Counted from the first letter of the stretch, positions 17,701-23,940 are shown. The stretch is 32,000 bases of DNA from Methanopyrus kandleri AV19 (GCF_000007185.1 NC_003551.1:990001-1022000), one strand, 5' to 3'. The notes: generated by a model from the letters alone, not told the origin. Translations and numbers: made by a program.

Positions 17701-19529
17701 AACTCGAAGGTGCCGTGCGTGCCCACGTAAACCACCGCGTCCGCGTGGAAGACCCTGCGCAACCACTCGTACGCGGCGATGTACTGCCAATGCGGGGGCA
17801 ACTCCCTGGAGTGGTAGACGGCTTCCGGGCTCCCCGACCAACCACGCACCGGCTGCAGGACCACCGCCACGTTGCCGAACCTGAGGGCGGGGACGAGGTA
17901 CCGGCGACCGTCCGTCATGATCCCTCGGTTGTCGGTCACGTCCCCCCAGGTCCTCCGGAAACCCTCGATCATACCCTCCACGGCGGCTCTGACCGCCTCG
18001 GGATCCAGCTCACGGACGAGGTCGAGGTACGCGTGCAGCCGCCTCACGACGTCCTCCTCGAACCATTCCCGGACGTTTTCGGCCGGAATCAGTTGGTCCC
18101 GGGAGATCGAGCATAGCACGAAGGAGCGACCGTCGACGCTGACCGTGACCTTCCCATCGCGCACCTCGATCTCGACCTCGCGTCCGTCGACGTTCAGCGA
18201 CCACTCGCCGTACCCGCCCTCGTACAGGTCGAACATCCGTCGAAGTTCGCCCTTCGCCCATGGTCCGACGTTCGCGAGCAGGAGCACCGACCGACGCGGG
18301 TCGTGGGGGTCTACCGCGGAGGACATCGCGTTGAACACGGCGACGAACACGTCCTCGAGCGTTCGAGCCTCCCGTGGATCCTCTCGGTACGCGCGGTAGA
18401 GCTCCCGGAAGAACTCCGTCCCGGGGCCCAGGTCGAACCCCTCACCGGCCAGCCTGGCCAGGATCCGCGCGAGGCTCCTGGGGACGTCCAGGTACGCCGC
18501 TCCCAGCTCCGCGCGTCCCGGCGGGTAGCAGTACACGACGAGCGCGACCCTCTTCTCCCGGTCCGGCAACAGCCTGAGTCGGAGTATGTGGTCGACCAGT
18601 CTCCCGAGATCGTCCAGTGTCCCGGGTAGCAGCACGGGCTCGTCGTCCTTCCCGTTCAACCACAGCACCCGGTACCAGAAGGATCCTTCCCGTTCGGAGC
18701 CCAACTGTACCTGATAGGTCCATTCGAGTGAGGGCCCTGCTCGATTCGTCGCGTACTCTCCCAGGCCCATGCTGGCGTCTCCGGTGAAGGGGAACACCAC
18801 CTGGATGACCGGCGTGTTTAGCCTGATGACGACGTACTCGGCCGGTTTCGGGAAGTTCAGCGTGAACGCCCGGACGCTGATTAAGGCCTCCACGCGCTTG
18901 TGCTGCCTTTCCAGCCCGGAAAGTACTTCTACGGGCTTCACGAACGACGATTCGCAGAAGACCGCGACGGTCCGAACGCCGTATCTGCTTGTGACGTCGT
19001 CTAGCGCCTCCGTGAGTCGCAGTACGGCGTCCCTGCGCGGTCCTACGGCGTCGATCCCGTGGGCGAGTACCAGGACGAGGTCATTGGGAAGCCTGGACGC
19101 GAACGCGCTCAGGTCCATTCCACGCAGGACGTCGACAGCCCAGCTCGGTAGCTTCTGGCGGAACCCGAAGAGTACCACGGTCCCTTCGGTCTCTCCGCGG
19201 GCCAAGCGTCGGAGCCAATCTCGGAAGGAGGCGGTGTCGAAGTGTGGGATTCCCCCGATCCATCCGGTCCCCGGGATGTAGGCCGAGAGAGCCGTTCTAA
19301 CGATCGTTCTAGGAGGTTCCACGGCATCCGTCGGGAAGGAGGGGTCGGCCAGCCATAGTAGGAACGTCACGAGAGCGCGCGTGTCCCCCGCCGTCAGACA
19401 CAGCCAGATATGCGCCGCGACGGCCACCTTGGCCTTCACGGGCCGACCGCGGATAACCACCAGCGCGCGCTCCGGATCCGATGTGGCCACCACGACCACG
19501 CGCTTCGTCGAGGCGAGGGCTTCGGCCAA
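14793..19529 (-). CDS. cobN: CobN / Mg-chelatase H family giant protein with a C-terminal membrane anchor
   Basis: 1578 aa. CobN signatures are KRVALVVYCYPPGRAELGAAYLDVPRSLARILARLAGEGFDLG, FLRGGHVPTGGFGEPLWNPKAYPTGRNGVPFDPYTLPT, VLFASHELTSGGLGIAQVLYLLGVKPVWD and RPRIDVVALCTAV. The C-terminus is a TM segment plus basic tail (WVVGLLAASMIVVLWARRQFRRWNW). The only start is a weak TTG at 19529. Confidence 0.85.
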   Translation of the reverse strand: MAEALASTKRVVVVATSDPERALVVIRGRPVKAKVAVAAHIWLCLTAGDTRALVTFLLWLADPSFPTDAVEPPRTIVRTALSAYIPGTGWIGGIPHFDTASFRDWLRRLARGETEGTVVLFGFRQKLPSWAVDVLRGMDLSAFASRLPNDLVLVLAHGIDAVGPRRDAVLRLTEALDDVTSRYGVRTVAVFCESSFVKPVEVLSGLERQHKRVEALISVRAFTLNFPKPAEYVVIRLNTPVIQVVFPFTGDASMGLGEYATNRAGPSLEWTYQVQLGSEREGSFWYRVLWLNGKDDEPVLLPGTLDDLGRLVDHILRLRLLPDREKRVALVVYCYPPGRAELGAAYLDVPRSLARILARLAGEGFDLGPGTEFFRELYRAYREDPREARTLEDVFVAVFNAMSSAVDPHDPRRSVLLLANVGPWAKGELRRMFDLYEGGYGEWSLNVDGREVEIEVRDGKVTVSVDGRSFVLCSISRDQLIPAENVREWFEEDVVRRLHAYLDLVRELDPEAVRAAVEGMIEGFRRTWGDVTDNRGIMTDGRRYLVPALRFGNVAVVLQPVRGWSGSPEAVYHSRELPPHWQYIAAYEWLRRVFHADAVVYVGTHGTFEFLPGHDRGLTVTDWTHLLLPDVPQAYFYIVSNPGEGTLAKYRGGAVILTYPSPPSGYFKDFRKYAELERLWSQYVSSSIYGGDPAVRKVIAEKILKKARELGILEDVVKSIFAERGESPPEDPESWAERHLEEFLDALHDYLLALRDEKSFYGLHVIGEDLPVELAVEEAALLFAPRFAPYLAVTTGLTPKADLELFRRLADENPDFYQDVKIRTYELLRSMLHEIWNDPYLRSVLLQWVELKDEGELRDDASLLSKADTILQRFKLNLLGLYRQSLLKIGLWEVTNQYDQDIIKLIAEAFREFVHVYESGEYELDNLVNFLRGGHVPTGGFGEPLWNPKAYPTGRNGVPFDPYTLPTPEAWEVAKRLMDDFLARYYRVYGRWPETVPIVLFASHELTSGGLGIAQVLYLLGVKPVWDPNSGKVLGVELIPLDELKVKVGNRWINRPRIDVVALCTAVLDSIEPVVQLLAAAFRLASDAEEPLAYNHRRKHYLELLKLGVPEPLAATGVFGEPPGDIQGTGVNRLVELGWSELTKGLGIDGAGTVDARFSEKIAEIFESRVAYAFTVTGNPNGSKLLREELTGYEAAVKAVKVFRYLASTVDAVIDQVVNAFNVIDVNDYYSWIGGMVTYVRLIRKKEPLVFLTVARDPTTAHVQTLAERLAIEVRTELLSPSWWEALMAHGPDVGWHEVMKRVQNIVGIAVTTTQVRPMVQTLLTEVASTILSALERYRPSTPKGWAEVQSTLSWLVEAVRVGLWKPDRNTLKALVRAWAEVTARYGPSTCHHTSLNPSTVPFVRNLAASLGLNDVLKMLPDIVRAYRTLDNPKVVAEMIRMIVTRSRASYRAVEPRSVSPRSLRAVEFVESPRANNLEVGNLPSGSVSRASELVSTTGVIFHGRLPVGGAISTGGTSGSGCRAVPLKSEAAKESEARAMVRESAPAPRVIWEWVVGLLAASMIVVLWARRQFRRWNW

Positions 19530-19533
19530 TGCG

Positions 19534-19875
19534 TCAATTATCGTCCAAGGCAGTCCCGAGGGTCCTCCGGGACAGTTCTCGGGTGAAAGCCGTTGGGACC
19601 GTCCCCATACGCTGGATCACCAACACGTCGGCGGATCGGACGTCCCTCGAGATACCGTCCCAGTCCAAGTTCCCTATGCTCGTGGGATCCTTCGGGATCC
19701 GATGAACGTGTACGGGGATCCCTAACTCCCGGCCTACCTCTTCGGCGTTCGGCAGCGGTGTGGTGCTCAACACGGTGATCTCGACGGCGGAGGCGGAATC
19801 GGAACTTAAAATTTGGATTAACACAACCATTGTAAGAAGTAACACAACTGACGTACGTCGTAAGTGTTTTAACAT
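19534..19875 (-). CDS. Signal-peptide protein resembling the extreme N-terminal beta/alpha units of CobN. It is probably the detached 5' part of the cobN-like gene.
   Basis: ATG 19875 gives MLKHLRRTSVVLLLTMVVLIQILSSDSASA (a Sec-type signal). This is followed by VEITVLSTT...ADVLVIQRMGTVPTAF, which matches the start of the CobN N-terminal domain. The ORF stops 4 nt before the cobN-like ORF, which is in the +1 frame. Confidence 0.55.
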   Translation of the reverse strand: MLKHLRRTSVVLLLTMVVLIQILSSDSASAVEITVLSTTPLPNAEEVGRELGIPVHVHRIPKDPTSIGNLDWDGISRDVRSADVLVIQRMGTVPTAFTRELSRRTLGTALDDN

Positions 19876-19911
19876 CTTCTTGAGTGCCCCGCGCCGGCCA
19901 CGCGACGTGTC

Positions 19912-19919
19912 GAAATAAC
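19912..19919. promoter_or_regulatory. AT-rich element (GAAATAAC / GTTATTTC) within a CGAAA..TTTCG inverted repeat in the divergent intergenic region
   Basis: This is the only AT-rich box between ATG 19875 (minus) and GTG 20030 (plus). It lies about 38-44 nt upstream of the minus-strand ATG. Confidence 0.25.
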
Positions 19920-20029
19920 AGTTTCGGTGGGGGTGAGTCGGTCTGCGCGCGATACCTGTGGCGGCCCTGATCGTCGCCCTTACCGACGTCCGCGTGGGCG
20001 GCTGACTGGGGGAGATCATCGACAAGTCA

Positions 20030-20881
20030 GTGAGGTTTTACTTCGCAGTCGATAAGGCCAGGGAGCGTGGTGTGCCTATCAAGGAGTTCAAGCTGATTCA
20101 GGAGGACGGTTCAGTGTACTGGGAAGGCAAGTTCGGGAGATCTAAGTGGGAGACATCGGGTGAGGTAATTTACGGCAATATGGTAGCTCTATCCGGGATA
20201 TATCTAGGGTTACTCAGCGGCGAGGTGAAACCGAAGACATGGCCCGAACCAGAACGATCCCGATTCGAGAAAGGCATTACCGTCGGACTCGCTCGGATCC
20301 TGTCACTCCAGCAGGAAGATGGTGGCTGGGGATGGAAAGTAGTCCTAGTGGAAGGCAAGACCAGGTTTCCAGCCGGCAAGGGCCATGTCCTGTACACGGC
20401 GAAGATACTCGCTAAAGTGTTGATCCCGGCGCTGCGGTTGAACATTAAGAACGTGAGCTACGGCGGGACCACCTACGACGTCGCCGAACACGCGCGTGCG
20501 GCGGTGAGGTTTCTCATCGACCAGCAGTTGGAGAGCGGTGGATACAGCGCCAACAAGGAGTGGTCGATGACCGAGGACCCGCTCTACACGGCGTGGGCCC
20601 TACGTGCGCTGTGCGAGGCGTACCGGTACAGGGACCTACTGGGGCTCGACGACGCGACCGTCCAGCAGGTCAAAGAGGCGATCCGTAGGGCGGTCGACTG
20701 GTTACTCTCGCACCAGGAGGACGAAGGTGACTACGCCGGGCTATGGGAGATGAAGTCCGCAGCGATCATGGGATCCGCGTACGCCCCACCGTCGGAGGCT
20801 CAAATCGTACGTGCACTTATCCAGGCATACTCGATCTCGGAGGAATTAGGGTTGAACAAGGCCGAGCTCAAGGAGGCATAG
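20030..20881 (+). CDS. Alpha/alpha-toroid protein with prenyltransferase / terpene-cyclase-type repeats, N-terminal segment; frame broken
   Basis: Repeated QW-like motifs are present: RILSLQQEDGGWGW (Q94 at 20309), VRFLIDQQLESGGYS and VDWLLSHQEDEGDYAG. It ends ...NKAELKEA then TAG. No N-terminal signal peptide is present. Confidence 0.6.
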   Translation: MRFYFAVDKARERGVPIKEFKLIQEDGSVYWEGKFGRSKWETSGEVIYGNMVALSGIYLGLLSGEVKPKTWPEPERSRFEKGITVGLARILSLQQEDGGWGWKVVLVEGKTRFPAGKGHVLYTAKILAKVLIPALRLNIKNVSYGGTTYDVAEHARAAVRFLIDQQLESGGYSANKEWSMTEDPLYTAWALRALCEAYRYRDLLGLDDATVQQVKEAIRRAVDWLLSHQEDEGDYAGLWEMKSAAIMGSAYAPPSEAQIVRALIQAYSISEELGLNKAELKEA

Positions 20882-21384
20882 ATCGGGCGCTGGAGGCGAT
20901 CGTGGACTGGGCGCTGAAGTACCAGGATGCCTCGCTGGTGGAGTTCGACGGTCGGAAGGTGCTCGGCTGGGCCTACTCGTCGACACGCCTGGAGAGTTGC
21001 GGTCCGTACCTCGGGTACACCGCCCTCATAGCCGCCACGCTGAAGCTGGCGCAGGAGCTGGGCCTAGGGTCGAAAGCCGTCGAGAAGATGAGGTCCGTCG
21101 GAGTGACCTTAGAGGATGAGGCGGAGTGGGTGGCTCACGAGTGGCAAGAGATCGACGGACTCGGGTACTTCCTGTACCCGAACTCCAAGGCCGAGCACAA
21201 AACGGTGACACCGTCGAGCCAGCTCTACGGACTGACCTGTGCGGTGGCGTTCTCGCACCCAGAGGTGCTGTTGAAGCGCACTACGGCGGACGTTTGGAAG
21301 CTGGTGCCTAAGAAGGGAGCGTGGAAAGTTCCAGTGTGGCCGGTGGTCACGGTGGTGCTGCTATTCGCGTGCCGACGCCGCTAA
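20878..21384 (+). CDS. Alpha/alpha-toroid protein, C-terminal segment (continuation in the -1 frame) with a C-terminal anchor
   Basis: The segment reads IDRALEAIVDWALKYQDASL..., continuing the repeat pattern (compare KEAIRRAVDWLLSHQ upstream). It ends in KVPVWPVVTVVLLFACRRR. The ORF-track start at 20743 is an out-of-frame extension. Confidence 0.6.
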   Translation: MDRALEAIVDWALKYQDASLVEFDGRKVLGWAYSSTRLESCGPYLGYTALIAATLKLAQELGLGSKAVEKMRSVGVTLEDEAEWVAHEWQEIDGLGYFLYPNSKAEHKTVTPSSQLYGLTCAVAFSHPEVLLKRTTADVWKLVPKKGAWKVPVWPVVTVVLLFACRRR

Positions 21385-21400
21385 CCCGTTTTCTGTCCTC

Positions 21401-21422
21401 ACGGATACTCTTTCGTATCCGT
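21401..21422 (+). terminator. Perfect 8-bp hairpin (ACGGATAC-TCTTTC-GTATCCGT) flanked by pyrimidine/T-rich tracts after the toroid gene
   Basis: It lies 17 nt after the TAA at 21382-21384. It is preceded by GTTTTCTGTCCTC and followed by TCTTCTCT. Confidence 0.4.
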
Positions 21423-21515
21423 TCTTCTCTGAGGTGGCGGGTGAAAGTACTCACAACTAATTCACGACTTCTTCCAACCAGTGTAGAAATTTCGTTGACA
21501 AAAACTCGGTTCCAC

Positions 21516-21526
21516 TTTAATTTAAA
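21516..21526 (+). promoter_or_regulatory. TATA box (TTTAATTTAAA) with Shine-Dalgarno GGGGGTGA (21552-21559) for the CbiX-like gene
   Basis: This strong AT-rich box lies about 40-50 nt upstream of GTG 21565. A 7-bp stem (AGCCGCC..GGCGGCT, 21526-21549) lies between the box and the SD. Confidence 0.4.
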
Positions 21527-21564
21527 GCCGCCGGCCATGTGGGGCGGCTGTAGGGGGTGAGACC

Positions 21565-23082
21565 GTGAGGTTCCCGGCGCTGGTCATCGGGCTACTCGTT
21601 GCACTGGGTCCGACCGCAGCCAGTGAAAGTCCCAAGGTTGCCGTAGTGATGCCGTACCACGGCAGTTACGATCCGCACTGGATCTACATGGCCCACGAAC
21701 TCCCTGAGAAAGTCCAAGAGATACTGAGCGTAACCTATGACGAATACAATATTCAAGTGTATCCAGGCAGTTTCGAAACCTACGACGTGACCAAGGTGCG
21801 ACTTCAGGGCGGTAAGGAGTACGTCATCCATCAGGAAGAGGTGAACACGGGCGAGGAAGTCCTAAAGACCGAACTCGGGCACGCCCTCAAGGAGGCCGAA
21901 GAGTTCACGAACTCCGGTAGGGACGGTCTGATCGTCGTGCTACCGGCCTTCGTGAACCGAGGAGGTCAGCACCAGTGCGTGGAGATCCCGGAAGTTATCG
22001 ACATCATCTTGGGCGATAAGGTGCCCAAGTACTCGGTCCACTACGAGCCGTTCGGTATTACAAACTGGGACCGCCAGAACGACATCGGTATCGTACCGGA
22101 GCTGCTCTTCAGGAACATACAGACGGAGGCTGAGAAGACACTGACAGGACCGAACGGTCAAGGTGATCCCGAAGACGTGTTCTCGGCGTACAAGGATAAG
22201 AGACTCCTGGACTTCCTGGTGGACCACAAGGACGAGGTCGGTCTCCTCGAGATCATGTTCGGCACCCTGCGGGTGGGTTACTGGGACGACTTCAAGGCGA
22301 ACGCTATGTACGTACTACGTGGTGTCGCCGAGAGACTCGGTAACCTCCTGGGGACGACGATCCCGGTCGGTGAGGTCGACTGGGCGCTGGAGAACCCGTT
22401 CGTGAGGGAGGGTAAGGCGTACTTCTTCGCGTTCCAGAACCCGGAGATCGGTCCAGAGAACTGGGAGAAGTCACGCTGGGAGGTCCGATACGAGCAGTTC
22501 CAGAAGCTGATGCAGAGTCTCTGCAGGCAGGGCGTCAGGTACGTGGTCGCATTCCCGTACATCACGGTGACCGGTATCACGGACCGCAAGCTGTTCGAAG
22601 GCAACCCGGAGCACGGTCCCGAAGGTGACGAGCCCGAGGCTTACGACTATCCGGAAGCCATTCTGCGGCATTTCGGTGCGGAGTTAGTGGCGGAGACCGT
22701 AGCCGACGTCAGGAAGTACACGTACGTGCAGGAGGGTCAGGAGAAAACCCGGACGGTGTACATCAACGCTCGGATCTACCGGATCCCGAAGGAGAAACTG
22801 GGCACGGACGCCGACATGTACGTGATCTACGTGAGACGCGGGCTGTTGGACGCTCCGAACGCGACGGAGAAGGTGGCGCGGGTGTACGCCAACTACATCG
22901 CCACTCACCTGCCGACGTGGTTGATGGAGTACGAGGCGGTGAAGGGGATGAAGGAGGGGTTCGAGGGCGAGATTAACTCGCTGAGGAAGGATGTCAAGAG
23001 CCTCAAGAAGAGGAAGGTCGCGGTGTATCCGGCGGTAATCGCGCTGGCGCTGGCGATGATCCCGCCGCTCCGGCGCCGCTAA
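21565..23082 (+). CDS. CbiX/CbiK-like (class II chelatase fold) protein with an N-terminal signal peptide and a C-terminal anchor
   Basis: 505 aa. The signal peptide is MRFPALVIGLLVALGPTAAS. VAVVMPYHGS (H32 at 21658) and LIVVLPAFVNRGGQHQCVEIPEVI resemble the CbiX HGS and PlfL-G-H-DIP motifs. A second lobe reads RYVVAFPYITVTG. The C-terminus is KVAVYPAVIALALAMIPPLRRR. Confidence 0.5.
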   Translation: MRFPALVIGLLVALGPTAASESPKVAVVMPYHGSYDPHWIYMAHELPEKVQEILSVTYDEYNIQVYPGSFETYDVTKVRLQGGKEYVIHQEEVNTGEEVLKTELGHALKEAEEFTNSGRDGLIVVLPAFVNRGGQHQCVEIPEVIDIILGDKVPKYSVHYEPFGITNWDRQNDIGIVPELLFRNIQTEAEKTLTGPNGQGDPEDVFSAYKDKRLLDFLVDHKDEVGLLEIMFGTLRVGYWDDFKANAMYVLRGVAERLGNLLGTTIPVGEVDWALENPFVREGKAYFFAFQNPEIGPENWEKSRWEVRYEQFQKLMQSLCRQGVRYVVAFPYITVTGITDRKLFEGNPEHGPEGDEPEAYDYPEAILRHFGAELVAETVADVRKYTYVQEGQEKTRTVYINARIYRIPKEKLGTDADMYVIYVRRGLLDAPNATEKVARVYANYIATHLPTWLMEYEAVKGMKEGFEGEINSLRKDVKSLKKRKVAVYPAVIALALAMIPPLRRR

Positions 23083-23139
23083 CGCCCCCCACTTCGACAA
23101 ACGTTACGAATGTATTAACGATCGACCGTGGGGGCGTTA
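23080..23139. terminator. Inverted repeat (TAACGCCCCCCAC ... GTGGGGGCGTTA) spanning the stop codons of two convergent genes
   Basis: The 13-nt arm at 23080-23092 and the 12-nt arm at 23128-23139 pair with a single C bulge and an AT-richer 35-nt loop. Each arm begins with the TAA stop of its gene. Confidence 0.4.
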
Positions 23140-23922
23140 AGGGGCTTCCGCGAGCTCGTAGGGGTCGTGATTCACCCGGACCTCGCGTCCCGGACCCGTC
23201 AGCTCCACCTCGGGCGCGTACCCCAGGGACTCCAGGTCCTCGTACAGGGCCAGATGTCCCGAGAGATCACAGTACTCGGCCCTCAACGCACCGGCGAGGT
23301 GTGCGGCCGCCTTTACGGAGACGGCGCTCTCCACCTCCGTCAGCACGATGATCTTGAATCCGAGCTCCCTGGCCTTGCGTCCGAGCAGTACCGCGTCTAG
23401 GAAACCGACCTCTTGAACGCTTAAAGCCACTCCCTCGGCTGAACCCAGCCCGTGGATGTCCTCCTCCGACGTCACACGGACGTAGATGGGGACCTCCGCG
23501 TCGAACTCCTCCGGTGAGATCACGACTATCTCCGCGTCGGACACGGACCGTACCTCCTCGAGGGCCCGCTCAGAGGGTCGGTCCGTGAACTCTAGAAGTA
23601 CGGTCTCGAAGTCCAGGGCGGACACCGAGGACAACCCCGCCGAGTCGGCGCGTACACGGACCACCGTGTACCCGACGGAGAGGTTGTCACGCGCCTCCCG
23701 GAGTGCCCCGTGCTTTCCGAGTTCGTGGACGGAGCACGCGGACTCGACGGTTCTCGGCTCTCCCCCCAGCAGTTCCGCGAGTGGGAGGCCCTGAGACCGG
23801 GCCTCGGCATCCATCACGGCCATCTCGTGGGCTACGGCCGGATCGAACCCCGAAACCGGTCCCGTAGTGGCCCTCCGATGAGTAAACCCGGCACACGTAG
23901 CCGTCGACGCGACCGGCGGCAC
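23137..23922 (-). CDS. Enolase-superfamily (MR/MLE, dipeptide-epimerase-like) protein, N-terminally short and with divergent catalytic positions
   Basis: AVAHEMAVMDAEARSQGLPLAELLGG matches the AIDxALWD...PLxxLLGG helix of MR/MLE enzymes. The C-terminal LTEVESAVSVKAAAHLAGAL matches the barrel end. The KxK box is replaced by VRVR. Only about 30 aa precede the capping-domain helix. GTG start at 23922. Confidence 0.55.
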   Translation of the reverse strand: MPPVASTATCAGFTHRRATTGPVSGFDPAVAHEMAVMDAEARSQGLPLAELLGGEPRTVESACSVHELGKHGALREARDNLSVGYTVVRVRADSAGLSSVSALDFETVLLEFTDRPSERALEEVRSVSDAEIVVISPEEFDAEVPIYVRVTSEEDIHGLGSAEGVALSVQEVGFLDAVLLGRKARELGFKIIVLTEVESAVSVKAAAHLAGALRAEYCDLSGHLALYEDLESLGYAPEVELTGPGREVRVNHDPYELAEAP

Positions 23923-23940
23923 CGTTTAAGGTAACCCGGC

